A DNA stretch of 64,000 nt from a virus (taxonomy: Duplodnaviria; Caudoviricetes), in the IMG/VR virus record IMGVR_UViG_3300021093_000004; one strand, written 5' to 3'. Below the pieces are notes generated by a model, which was given only the letters and a program-made list of their open reading frames with translations, searched no databases and was not told the origin of the DNA. Within the stretch, counting starts at the first letter, position 1. Every line of letters begins with the position of its first letter. The position numbers and the translations under genes are program-made. Positions 38,773-48,896 of this stretch are shown here, one piece after another.

Positions 38773-39216
38773 GTGATAACCATGTCGCAAAAGCAGAACC
38801 GGAATTCCACGACATCAAACGCTTGGGGCGAACCTACATTCTTCGTTGTTCAAGAATTTGCAATGATAAATGTGGTCAGGTTTGGCTTACCAAGCACGTA
38901 TGGATCATCGGTGTATCTGATCCAATTTCAAGCCAAGCATCTGGAATATCCAGCTTCTGAACCTATTGGTATTTATCATTATGCTGGTATCCGAAGATTT
39001 ATTTGGAGGGACCGTTTTTGGAACGAAGTCGAAATTGATTATCGAGATATGATGCAGAAGGCTGCAAAGCTGTTGACTCAACCATCCGATCAATCAGAAG
39101 CCCAAAATCTCAGAGTATTGTTGAGCTTGTTGCAGCTTTATCGCACAGCGTCGGCTCCATTATCTCGGCCAGACGAAGAGCAGATGTATTGCCGAGCCAT
39201 GTACGAAATTAACTGA
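38773..39216 (+). CDS. Hypothetical protein
   Basis: ORF; true start possibly downstream at MINVVRFG. Confidence 0.5.
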   Translation: MITMSQKQNRNSTTSNAWGEPTFFVVQEFAMINVVRFGLPSTYGSSVYLIQFQAKHLEYPASEPIGIYHYAGIRRFIWRDRFWNEVEIDYRDMMQKAAKLLTQPSDQSEAQNLRVLLSLLQLYRTASAPLSRPDEEQMYCRAMYEIN

Positions 39217-39242
39217 CTCGATATCGCCTGATATAAAAATCT

Positions 39243-39662
39243 ATGAAACGGATCAAGGCTTACAAACTCGAACTCGCTGAACCTGCACTATGGGTACGAC
39301 GTGCCGACAGTCGAGCCGTGTTCCACGCCATAGAGTTCATTGAGGATGCTCTGACGGACGATGGCGAAATGAAATTAGTCCATATCCGCCACAAAGTCGA
39401 GCTTGCTGATCCTTCCAACGATGTTATCGCTCTGGTTGGATCAGTGAGAACGTGCCTAAAAAGCGGTAGAATAGAACCGCAGCCGCCGTCATTGTGGTAT
39501 TGGAATGGTCAATTTTGGCTTCAGGCTGTGGATAAATTGCGAATTCCTTATTACAAGCTTCAAATTCGCCAATACGACAAAAAGCAGCACGCACTCTACC
39601 CAATAGCTATTGAAAATGCCGACGAATTGTTGGCTACTCTCAAATCGGGGATGGAAGACTAA
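39243..39662 (+). CDS. Hypothetical protein
   Basis: 139-codon ORF. Confidence 0.55.
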   Translation: MKRIKAYKLELAEPALWVRRADSRAVFHAIEFIEDALTDDGEMKLVHIRHKVELADPSNDVIALVGSVRTCLKSGRIEPQPPSLWYWNGQFWLQAVDKLRIPYYKLQIRQYDKKQHALYPIAIENADELLATLKSGMED

Positions 39663-39964
39663 TGGGTCCAATTACTCCCTCGAATTTCCTGTATTCGAAA
39701 GAGGGCGGCGATCTGGTGTTTAGAGCCGGGTCGGTGGAGTTATTCAGATCATCAATCGTCGCAATCGCGTACATTAAGATGCTGGATAGACTGTAGCCGC
39801 ACAAGCACGGGCCGATGGATCTAGTTCGTGAGTGGGAACAGCGAGCACGACACTATTGGACCTCTCTTCGTATGGCCGCTGATGATTCGAATAATATCAT
39901 ACACACTCCTGGATTTCTAGGAATGTTTTATAAATCTTCATTAACCAATCAATACGTGGTGTAA
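39662..39964 (+). pseudogene. ORF interrupted by a single in-frame TAG (39794-39796)
   Basis: MGPITPSNF..MLDRL*PHKHGPMDLVREWEQRARHYW.. stays open to TAA at 39962-39964. Confidence 0.45.
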
Positions 39965-40007
39965 CACTTCAATATCGAGGTGTCATCCATCACAGGGAGA
40001 AACTGAA

Positions 40008-41315
40008 ATGGCGAAGATTAGTACGATCAAAGAAGCGATCATGATTTGTCGCGATGCCTATGTCACCCCATTCATCTGGGGCCATCGCGGGTTGGGTAAA
40101 TCAAGTTTGGTGCAACAAGTTGCCGCCGAACAGTCTTGGGGGTTCATCGACCTTCGATGCTCTCAATTGGAAGCTTCCGATGTTCGTGGGCTTCCTGATC
40201 GTGTCAATGGTCGGACGCATTATCTTCCACCAGCCGATATGCCGGTCGGCGATCTTACTCTGGAACAGATCGAAGCGGAATTGGGCAAAATGCCAGATCC
40301 GGGCGATCTCGAAGCCGAACGTCAATACTATCTCAAGCTTCAAAGCTTGCAACCGCGATTCCAACGCGGAATCCTTTTCATCGACGAAGTGAACCGTGCC
40401 CAAGACGATGTGCTTCAAGCCATCTTCCAGTTGGTGCTCGACCGTCGCGTCGGGATGTATGTCCTTCCTCCCGGATGGTGCGTTGTTGCGGCGGGCAACT
40501 ATATGGAAGGATACATGGTTACGGGGTTCAATGACCCTGCATTCTTGAACCGATTCAGCCACCTGATTTTGAGTGGTGGCGAGACGACTCTCGAAGAGTG
40601 GGTCAATTACATGTCCGTCGCCCATGGTCCAACAGCGACCGATGTAATCGAATTCGCTTCACAGAACACGAAGCATTTGGACGGTGATGTTGCGGGAGAA
40701 CTTGGGTTTTCGATTCAGCCGTCTCGCCGATCGTGGGAAATGGTGGTTCGTGTTGATAAGGCTTGCGAAGCCGGTGGTTATAACGAAACCGCCAGAATAG
40801 AAGTGTTGGCCGGGTTGGTCGGTCGAGAATTGGCCCAAGCATTCACCCGCTATTCATGCCCTGTCAAGCCGCGTGAACTGATTCAACGTGGTGTGAAGGT
40901 CTTCGAAGACAAGCTTCGCAAATTGAGCCGGAACGAACTGACCGGTCTCATGTGGGGTATGGTTTCATTCTGCAAGACGCAGACCGAGAAAGACGAAATT
41001 GCTACTGTCTGCCTCGATTTCGCGGAATTCATGGTGGGTGTTACCAGCGACAAGGATGTTGTAGTTGCATTCTGCCGTGCGTTGGTCAGCGGTGGACACC
41101 CTAACGATAAACAGGAAAAGCCACGTGCTGCGGTAATCTCGAATCCGCGATTGGCAGAAATGATGAGCAAATTCGGCAAGAAAGCCGGAAACGACCGCAA
41201 ATCGTTTGTGGATCGGTTGGTGGAACGCCCGGCATTGCAACAAGCTTTGGCCCGCGTTTCGTGGGGCTTTGATGATTCCGAAGAACCAGAACCCCCAAAG
41301 AAAGGCAAGAAGTGA
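40008..41315 (+). CDS. MoxR-like AAA+ ATPase
   Basis: WGHRGLGKS Walker A; LFIDEVNRA Walker B; AAGN; RF. Confidence 0.88.
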   Translation: MAKISTIKEAIMICRDAYVTPFIWGHRGLGKSSLVQQVAAEQSWGFIDLRCSQLEASDVRGLPDRVNGRTHYLPPADMPVGDLTLEQIEAELGKMPDPGDLEAERQYYLKLQSLQPRFQRGILFIDEVNRAQDDVLQAIFQLVLDRRVGMYVLPPGWCVVAAGNYMEGYMVTGFNDPAFLNRFSHLILSGGETTLEEWVNYMSVAHGPTATDVIEFASQNTKHLDGDVAGELGFSIQPSRRSWEMVVRVDKACEAGGYNETARIEVLAGLVGRELAQAFTRYSCPVKPRELIQRGVKVFEDKLRKLSRNELTGLMWGMVSFCKTQTEKDEIATVCLDFAEFMVGVTSDKDVVVAFCRALVSGGHPNDKQEKPRAAVISNPRLAEMMSKFGKKAGNDRKSFVDRLVERPALQQALARVSWGFDDSEEPEPPKKGKK

Positions 41316-41324
41316 TCCCTGTGA

Positions 41325-41496
41325 ATTGATGCCAGTTAGATGTAGCGGAAACCTTACCGCTGTTGAGTTACGGGGAATGCACCCTAAGTCGGAGCGAGTG
41401 AAGCTGGTCGTGCTTGAACTAGCTGCGATGCCGAAAGGCAAAACCTCGGCAAGCTATCACATCGATGGGAGTTGAGACCCATTAACTGGTGTCAAT
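41325..41496 (+). ncRNA. Candidate structured RNA, family not recognised
   Basis: 14-bp closing stem with two G-U pairs enclosing several hairpins, including a GAAA tetraloop. Confidence 0.55.
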
Positions 41497-41534
41497 CTTT
41501 TGCCACAATGTAATATACCAACAGGGAGTTAAAT

Positions 41535-42992
41535 ATGAGACAGATAGCTGCGACAGTTCCGGGCGGGCGTGCTCCGGTTGATGAAAAACAAGCGGATCGA
41601 TTGATGAAGGCTCGCTGCCGCCTGATGATGCGAGAGCCGTGGTACGGTCACGTTGCTATGAGCATGGTATGGATTCCCAGCCAAATGTCATGGATGGCAG
41701 AGAATCGCCGCACGATGGGTGTGCGGATTGTTAACGGTGGTGAGATTCAATGCTTGTATTATCCGCCGTTTATTGAGACTCTGAACATCAAAGAGTTATA
41801 TGCGGTCATTCAGCATGAAATCGAGCATATTGTCCGAGTTCACTGTGTTCGCATTGGTGATCGTGAGCCTGAAGCGTGGAATATCGCCGCCGATATGACG
41901 GTGAATGGGCCTCGATCTTCACCACGAATTGGTTATTCAGACCCGACCACGAACGAACTGGTGATTCCGTTTAAGAATCAGATCGTCTGGATTCCGGAAG
42001 ATTGGCCGAAGGATGGAACTTCGGAGCAGTTCTACGATCAACTCAAGGAACGCCAGCAGACCAAGGTCTGTAACTCGTGTGGTCGCCCGACTCAAGGCCA
42101 TGGGCAAGGGAAAGGCCCGAAGGGTCAGGGTCAAGGCCAAAAGCCGTCTCAAGGTGGCGGAACGCCAGGACAGGGCAACGGAACGCCAGAACAGGGCAAC
42201 GAAACGCCTTCCCAAGGCAACGGAACGCCTCAGAATGGCGGTCAGCCGGATGAAAACACTTACCCCGGCTGCGGACAAGATCATGATGGCGTCTATCATT
42301 ATGGTGGAGTTTCGGGGCGTGGATTGGATGACCACAGCGTCTGGAATCAGTCTGATGTGTCTCAAGATGAAGCCCGTCAGATTGTTAAGGATTTGGTAGA
42401 TCAAGCGACTCAGAAATGTCAAGGTCATTTTCCGGGCCATCTGCAAGGTGCTATCCAAGAACTTGGAAAGCCAGTTGTTCGTTGGCGTGAATTGTTGCGA
42501 CATTATCTTGGCAAGCATGTCGGCAATCAACGGTCCACATATTCTCGTCGGAACCGCCGCCGAGATTGGTTTGGTGTGCCTGGTATCAGCCACCACGCGG
42601 CTGCAAATGTCAACGTGATCGTCGATACGTCCGGTTCCATTGGTGTTCGTGAATTGGAGCAATTTTTCGCTGAAATTGATTCGATCAGCTCACGTGCAAA
42701 GACCATGGTGCTTCAATGGGATGCGGCATTTCAGGGATACGAGAAGTATCGCCGTGGCGATTGGAGAAGATTCAAGATCACTGGGCGTGGCGGCACTGAC
42801 ATGGCTAAGCCTGTGCAGTGGGTAATTGATAATCATCTGGTGGCCGACGTTCAGGTCATGTTGACGGACGGCTATTGCAACTACACCGATGCTTCGAACG
42901 TAAAATTCCCGATTATTACGGTGATTACCACCCCAGAAGGTACTACTAATAGCCCTCCATACGGGCATGTCGTTAGGATGAAGGTGGCATGA
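41535..42992 (+). CDS. HExxH metallopeptidase-like plus vWA domain protein (DUF2201-like)
   Basis: QHEIEH..RVH, WNIAAD, VIVDTSGS MIDAS, GRGGTD, LTDG; 21-bp GTPGQGN repeats. Confidence 0.85.
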   Translation: MRQIAATVPGGRAPVDEKQADRLMKARCRLMMREPWYGHVAMSMVWIPSQMSWMAENRRTMGVRIVNGGEIQCLYYPPFIETLNIKELYAVIQHEIEHIVRVHCVRIGDREPEAWNIAADMTVNGPRSSPRIGYSDPTTNELVIPFKNQIVWIPEDWPKDGTSEQFYDQLKERQQTKVCNSCGRPTQGHGQGKGPKGQGQGQKPSQGGGTPGQGNGTPEQGNETPSQGNGTPQNGGQPDENTYPGCGQDHDGVYHYGGVSGRGLDDHSVWNQSDVSQDEARQIVKDLVDQATQKCQGHFPGHLQGAIQELGKPVVRWRELLRHYLGKHVGNQRSTYSRRNRRRDWFGVPGISHHAAANVNVIVDTSGSIGVRELEQFFAEIDSISSRAKTMVLQWDAAFQGYEKYRRGDWRRFKITGRGGTDMAKPVQWVIDNHLVADVQVMLTDGYCNYTDASNVKFPIITVITTPEGTTNSPPYGHVVRMKVA

Positions 42993-43363
42993 TGTGGACT
43001 CCATCGAATGTGTAATTACGTATAATGACGCTGAATTTGGTGAGCGTACATCCATTCGTGATGCTCTCTTCGATTGGTTAGCATCAGATCATATGCGGAT
43101 GTCAAATCTTCTCTAGGATCATCGCGAAATGACTCAAGTCTATCTTTCGACAATTCGAAAGGACAAGACTGATTTCAAATATTAGTGATGTTGAAGACTC
43201 GGTAAATTCATTCTTGTTTTTGCCGAGTCAATCATCATATTTGAAATGACACGCTACACTAATATCCGCACGCTTGCCGATTCAGCTACGAATTTTTTAA
43301 ATAGAATTCGTGACTCACTACGTAGAATTGGAGTGACGTTGCGGCTTCTATAATGGAGTTGCA

Positions 43364-43570
43364 ATGTCTGAACCGACAGTACCAAAGGACGCACGACCGA
43401 ACAGTCAAGCATTCGAAGTTGACGGTCGTATTTGGGTCAAAATTGATAGAGATTTGGCAGTCAGTCTTGGCGTATTGATACTTGCGACCGACACCAAAAA
43501 TCCCGCACTACTGGCTCTTGGACATCAATTAAGGAGTTTCAAACATGAGCAACCGATACCATCCCCATAA
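43364..43570 (+). CDS. Small hypothetical protein
   Basis: GGAG RBS upstream. Confidence 0.5.
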   Translation: MSEPTVPKDARPNSQAFEVDGRIWVKIDRDLAVSLGVLILATDTKNPALLALGHQLRSFKHEQPIPSP

Positions 43571-43766
43571 ACATGTTGCGGTCGCTGGTCCGGACAGGGA
43601 CGACGATTATGACGATGACGATGACGACGACATCGATTATGGCGACGATGGCCTCGATGACGACGAGGACGATCTAGACGAAGATCAGGATGAGGACTCA
43701 GAATACGAAGATGAAGATGAAGATGAGGATGAAGACGACGACGAAGATGAAGACGACTTTGAGTAG
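43545..43766 (+). CDS. Very acidic small protein
   Basis: AAGGAG RBS; D/E tract. Confidence 0.5.
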   Translation: MSNRYHPHKHVAVAGPDRDDDYDDDDDDDIDYGDDGLDDDEDDLDEDQDEDSEYEDEDEDEDEDDDEDEDDFE

Positions 43767-43769
43767 TCG

Positions 43770-45248
43770 TTACTTCACATCCAAGTCTCTGAAAGTGCAC
43801 TCTCCGGCTTCGCCGATTGATCCATGGTCTCCCGCATAACCTATCTCGTTTGTCTTGCCGACTACGAGATAGAGCGGGGCCGTTGGAAATATGCTTAATG
43901 GAATCTCAATAACTGTATACCATTTGTTATTATCATATACTTCGCCAACATATGACACATTGGTCTTCTTGATTCGCAATGTGTACTCTTTGTTAGGTGT
44001 AACTTGGCCAATTCCCAGATTCGCATTTCCGTTCAGCACACCAGCGAAACTGCCAGAATATCGCAGATTGACCTTTAGGATGCCGTTTGGCCAAACAACC
44101 GAAATTCCAGGCCCCCATGTGGCTCCTTTATCGGTTCCGGTATTCACAGTAACCCGAACTTCCTTAAACGCTGGTAACACACGTTGAAAGAAGCAGTAGC
44201 AATTTGCCGGGCTAACGATTTTGATAGAATCCGGTCCGGGTGTTATTACTCCCAACGATTTGGCTAGAGTCCATTTTCCGTCATCAAGTTCCATTGATGG
44301 TATCGCTGCTGTGTTCCACAGGGATAATCCATATTGGTTAACGACGGATTGGAATGGCGATGCGATTGTTACCTTAGGGGAACCTGCAAATAACAATGCA
44401 ACAGCCTTCATGTCCATGCTACAGATGATACTACCTGAGTCCCCGCCTTTGCTCATCGCACTGCAAACAACGCAGTCGTTGAATCGGCCCGCTCCGAAAT
44501 CGTATCCAATCGTGAAGCTGGCATTCACACCTATGATGCGTCCGGTGGTATATCCTGTTGTTCTTCCGAGCTTCTGAACTTGCATTTTGACTGCTGGTGT
44601 TCCGAAGCCCGACAGTGATTGATTCACAACCGGGTAGAACGGATCAACCATACCCGCTTGGATGAATGCATCATGGATTACGGCGATAGCCGAATCTTGA
44701 GTGTTATTGGTCTTTTGAAGTGGAACGAAACTCTTCAATGTTGCGATATATGGTAATTGAGTGGCTGGGGTATTCCAACCGTTAAATTGAAGGTTTCCGG
44801 AACTATCTGACGGTCCCGGTTGATAGATAATATCGCCAGCTTTGGCGTTGTTTTCATTGGCCAAAACGTGGTTATTGCTGAGAATAACGGGCTGCCCGTC
44901 ACGATCAGCAAAGACCCCGCCAATTGTTCCTGCGGTGATTTTACCGTGACCGCAACTATATCCGGGCTTAACAGGTCGAACCCGTGCTCTCAAATTTTGC
45001 TTTTGGATATACCCGACTTCAATAACGTCAGTTGGAATTCCATCGACTTCTGAAGGGACCAATTCGTCTTCAGAGTATTTGCTGATGAGGCCACGTTTTG
45101 CGAGCTTCTTTTCTACAAATACCAGTATAGCTGGTTGGTCCGTTGGTTGACCATTGACCCACTTAATGCCGATTCCAACGCCGTTGACATTCTTCTTTTG
45201 TGAGAGGTCGTTTTCGTGAGCTTGTTTGACCGCCAGTTCGTTGGACAT
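43770..45248 (-). CDS. Trypsin-like serine protease with Nal1-like N-terminus and C-terminal beta domain
   Basis: GVGIG.K..PTDV prodomain; SNNHVL (H), QDSAI (D), GDSGS (S). Confidence 0.85.
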   Translation of the reverse strand: MSNELAVKQAHENDLSQKKNVNGVGIGIKWVNGQPTDQPAILVFVEKKLAKRGLISKYSEDELVPSEVDGIPTDVIEVGYIQKQNLRARVRPVKPGYSCGHGKITAGTIGGVFADRDGQPVILSNNHVLANENNAKAGDIIYQPGPSDSSGNLQFNGWNTPATQLPYIATLKSFVPLQKTNNTQDSAIAVIHDAFIQAGMVDPFYPVVNQSLSGFGTPAVKMQVQKLGRTTGYTTGRIIGVNASFTIGYDFGAGRFNDCVVCSAMSKGGDSGSIICSMDMKAVALLFAGSPKVTIASPFQSVVNQYGLSLWNTAAIPSMELDDGKWTLAKSLGVITPGPDSIKIVSPANCYCFFQRVLPAFKEVRVTVNTGTDKGATWGPGISVVWPNGILKVNLRYSGSFAGVLNGNANLGIGQVTPNKEYTLRIKKTNVSYVGEVYDNNKWYTVIEIPLSIFPTAPLYLVVGKTNEIGYAGDHGSIGEAGECTFRDLDVK

Positions 45249-45281
45249 TGTATGTTCCTAGCTAAGTGGTCCGAGTTTCTC

Positions 45282-45292
45282 TAATTTTGCGT
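45282..45292 (-). promoter_or_regulatory. Candidate late-promoter motif (ACGCAAAATTA)
   Basis: About 34 nt upstream of the trypsin-like gene. Confidence 0.45.
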
Positions 45293-45366
45293 TTCAGCGG
45301 GGTTCAAACCTATAATATACCACTTGTCTATATGAAGATACATAAGGCGAGGTAGCGACATACACT

Positions 45367-46701
45367 ATGGATTGCGGCAGTAGTTCGATATTACCGAATG
45401 GTCGGTGTTCTGTTTTACCGATTCTCGCCACAGACGGCCAAGTCTTTGTGGATAGCGAGTTGGTGAAATGGATCTATAATGCATCTACGGATCTTTGGGA
45501 AAAATCCGGTACCGCAACTACCATTCCTCTTGCATCAACAGCCGGTGTTGGCTACCTTTCTTTTCGCGATAAAGCATTACTAGATCGAATTCCACCGGTA
45601 CCGGGCGGTTTCGGGATTATCACCGACACCAAATTATTGCTACAAAGCCCGACCAATCCGGAAGGAATTATTCGAGGCGACATTCAATTAAAAAGCGAAA
45701 GCCTAGACATTATATGTGTTGGCCCGGAAGGTCTTAAATTAAATTGTTCCACCCCACCGGAATTAGAATGCACATCTCCAACTGGTAGAACTCCTGGGCT
45801 GCTGTTTAAATTAAGCAAGAAATTCTTGGATACTCTTGTGGTCAATATGCCAGGACCACAAGGAAAAAAGGGCTATACGGGCGAAAAAGGAAAGGCTGGT
45901 AAGCCGGGATTTGCCGGTGGTCCCCCAGGGATACCTGGAACTCCGGGCGATGACATCGACGAATTATGTCAGTTAACAGGAATTCGCTATCGCGATATCA
46001 ATGGCATAACCGAAAAGGCAATCGTTGATCTCAACTTAGTTGATGATGAGGGTCGCGGTTGCAAACTGGTTGTGACTAAGGCCAGATTAAATGTCCCTGG
46101 CGATGTCCCAGCCGATAAGATTATTGCGACTCCATTGATCCGGAATATCGTATATCAGCCTGACCCAGATCCGGATAACTGTGACATCACGCGAATAAAC
46201 CAGTGGACACTGACTAAGAATCCGGGCGATGTCACGCCATTAAATCTCAGCTTGCTGCGATTGTCTCGCGGAGCCGATGCTGTCTCTAACGAGCCGGTCG
46301 GATTTAATACCACATTATCGCTACGAAAGTTCGTGACAGATATTGTAGCGGAACATCAGCGACGCTTGAAAAAGATCGATGAGGCATTTGGCAAACAAGC
46401 TCGATCCTACATTGAAAGAATTGATGATAAGGCTAGAACTATATTATCACAACTAGCCAATGAATTGGCAATGTGTGAATTCAATCTGCCAGCGGTGGAA
46501 TACTGTATTACATTTACGGGATGTGACCAACCACCTCCACCTCCACCACCTCCACCTCCACCTCCACCTCCACCACCGCCAAGCCCAATACGGGCAGCAG
46601 CGATGCGGGCTGGAGATGGGGACCATGAAGGGATACCAATATCTGGTCGAAAGCTGACGAGCGTTGCGATGGGTGCTAAAAAGTGGGGTATTAAACAATG
46701 A
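45367..46701 (+). CDS. Structural protein with collagen-like and poly-Pro segments
   Basis: GPQGKKGYTGEKGKAGKPG; Pro run near 46531-46578. Confidence 0.65.
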   Translation: MDCGSSSILPNGRCSVLPILATDGQVFVDSELVKWIYNASTDLWEKSGTATTIPLASTAGVGYLSFRDKALLDRIPPVPGGFGIITDTKLLLQSPTNPEGIIRGDIQLKSESLDIICVGPEGLKLNCSTPPELECTSPTGRTPGLLFKLSKKFLDTLVVNMPGPQGKKGYTGEKGKAGKPGFAGGPPGIPGTPGDDIDELCQLTGIRYRDINGITEKAIVDLNLVDDEGRGCKLVVTKARLNVPGDVPADKIIATPLIRNIVYQPDPDPDNCDITRINQWTLTKNPGDVTPLNLSLLRLSRGADAVSNEPVGFNTTLSLRKFVTDIVAEHQRRLKKIDEAFGKQARSYIERIDDKARTILSQLANELAMCEFNLPAVEYCITFTGCDQPPPPPPPPPPPPPPPPPSPIRAAAMRAGDGDHEGIPISGRKLTSVAMGAKKWGIKQ

Positions 46702-48896
46702 GCACCGAATTGACAACGGTTGATCCATGCACGCTGTTCCCGGCTAATCCGACCCACGGAATGCTTTTCGAACAGAAAAATGGTGTCATATACCAATATG
46801 ACGCTGCTATTCATGCATGGCTTAAGCTTGCGTCAGATAATATCGTTTTACCGCTCGCAACCACAACTCGCGATGGTGCGATGTCACTAGACGATTTCAA
46901 GAAATTGAATCGTCTAGTGATTCCACCTCCTATATCCAGTATAATTGGTACTGATTGTCTCGCTTCTTACCAGCGTGGATCGATTAGCTTATACTCCGGA
47001 GACCAATTTGTATCAGTAGATGGACATTTAGATGTTCAAAATATCGATCAATTTGGAGACCAGATCTCTGAAGAGGTTCCATTCCAGATCCATCAGCATA
47101 CGTATGGCTTTGATTTTACAGTTGATGCTCAACAATTAATATCAGAACTAGAAAGACGTGGCCAAATTCGTCTTTCTGGTCGTGATGGACAAAAGGGTGA
47201 CACTGGAGAAACTGGTGATCCTGGAATCAACGGTGTTATGGCAGGACCACCGGGAGATTCTGGCAACGATGGGTCCGCGCCTACTTGCACACTTTCGATT
47301 GAACCGGAAACCTTTCAAGCTCAAACAAGGCCCGGCTTAAAGCGAGCATTGGTTGATGTTCGAGTGATTCCGGATGTTGTTGATGATAGGAATTTCGCAC
47401 TTGAATTTGATCGCCAAGTGGTTGGTAATGAGAATGGCTCTGCTTCACAATTCAGAGTGAAGCAGATTGAAAGCACTTGGTTATTGGCGGTCTCTGTCTT
47501 CACGGATGAAAGCGACACTACAGAGGCTTTAAATTGCGGTGTTCCGGGTGAACGAAGAAATCAATTCTATACCCTATTTTATATTGATATTGAACCAATA
47601 TTGAATACTATTCAAACGAAATTCTTCGATGAAGTTGAACGATTGAAAAAAGGGTATCAAGACATCGTTGCGTTCTGGGTACAAACGATGTCCGATTTGT
47701 TCGATGAACAAAAAGATGCTTTATGTTGCGCTCTTGAGAACTGTATTTCTGGCAAAAAGAGCACACATGCCCGTGAACACATGGAGACTATCGCAGCGTT
47801 GGCATTAGGAAAGGCCAAAATCAATCTTCATGGAAGACATAGCAAACAAGCCGTTGAATTATCGAGCACTCGGTTATTGCATGAACTCGGTGGACCGGAT
47901 CTCTGCAAAGGTGGTCCGGATTTTCCACAAAACCCTGTAGCAAAACGTGGGGATGACGATGGCGATAGTGCAGTCGTTGCGTCGTCCGCGAGCGTAACTC
48001 CATTATTAATTGATATAGACCCATTGGTTAATTCGGCTATCTCAAGCTCGAAGCAGATTGAATTGCCTCAAGGAATTTACGTCGCAACGATAAAACAAGC
48101 TACGGCTCAAGTCAATAATATGCACCGTAGTAATGTGAAAATTCGCTATGTGTCAAATGGAGAACATAAAACCACTCAATTCCTTGATAAAGGTGCGTTT
48201 TCTTCATTAATCGAAGCCCAATCAGCATATGAGGGATTGTCGATCTCGTTTAAGCATGATGGTGGTTTCATAGAAGCATTTCTGCCATCGATTCAGCCAC
48301 GACAATCATCTGGACAGATAAAAATTCTGATTGATAAGACTTCCGAAACGGTGGTAATACCGGTTCCGGAGCCAATTCAGTCTGAAATATTAACGCCTAA
48401 AGTATCTAAGACTGACAAACCACGGCGTAAAAAGCAGAAAGAATCCAAAGCGAAACGGGCTGAAGTCGTAACTACTAAGTCTGCAGAACAATGCCAAATG
48501 TCCGTATCTCATCTTGCATGGTATGAGAGCGGTTGGTCATCAGGTCGGTGCTGTGGCTTGGTCGTAAATGTGGCCGGACAAGATTATATCGTCGTCAAGC
48601 GATCAATCGGTTCGGAAGACAATTGTGGTGGTGGTGAAAGCCTAGACACACCTTGTATAGCTAAATTCACTCATGCTCAGGGACATCCGGCATTTGCATG
48701 GCCGACATTCGACGGTCGCACATTTGCTCCCATTCCGGCATCGGGTTTTGTCACGTTCGAATATGATAAAGCCTTAAACGAATTAGTTGCAGCCAAGATC
48801 GCCAAGTCAGAGTATAATAATGGTGTTGGCAATCCAAACGGCATCCGTCATCTCAGCTATCAATTGATGACGATTTTATTTCCATCGGCACAATAA
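46698..48896 (+). CDS. Structural protein with collagen-like segment, paralogous to 45367..46701
   Basis: GRDGQKGDTGETGDPG; shared PLA...G.MS..D.K.L motif. Confidence 0.65.
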   Translation: MSTELTTVDPCTLFPANPTHGMLFEQKNGVIYQYDAAIHAWLKLASDNIVLPLATTTRDGAMSLDDFKKLNRLVIPPPISSIIGTDCLASYQRGSISLYSGDQFVSVDGHLDVQNIDQFGDQISEEVPFQIHQHTYGFDFTVDAQQLISELERRGQIRLSGRDGQKGDTGETGDPGINGVMAGPPGDSGNDGSAPTCTLSIEPETFQAQTRPGLKRALVDVRVIPDVVDDRNFALEFDRQVVGNENGSASQFRVKQIESTWLLAVSVFTDESDTTEALNCGVPGERRNQFYTLFYIDIEPILNTIQTKFFDEVERLKKGYQDIVAFWVQTMSDLFDEQKDALCCALENCISGKKSTHAREHMETIAALALGKAKINLHGRHSKQAVELSSTRLLHELGGPDLCKGGPDFPQNPVAKRGDDDGDSAVVASSASVTPLLIDIDPLVNSAISSSKQIELPQGIYVATIKQATAQVNNMHRSNVKIRYVSNGEHKTTQFLDKGAFSSLIEAQSAYEGLSISFKHDGGFIEAFLPSIQPRQSSGQIKILIDKTSETVVIPVPEPIQSEILTPKVSKTDKPRRKKQKESKAKRAEVVTTKSAEQCQMSVSHLAWYESGWSSGRCCGLVVNVAGQDYIVVKRSIGSEDNCGGGESLDTPCIAKFTHAQGHPAFAWPTFDGRTFAPIPASGFVTFEYDKALNELVAAKIAKSEYNNGVGNPNGIRHLSYQLMTILFPSAQ

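Noticed and set aside
41325-41496. c-di-GMP-I riboswitch, raiA motif, group II intron domain V or omega RNA
   Set aside because: Only short resemblances (GAAA tetraloop, GCAAAAC, GATGCCAGT); the core consensus of each is missing
46531-46578. CCACCT microsatellite as a separate element
   Set aside because: It simply encodes a poly-Pro linker
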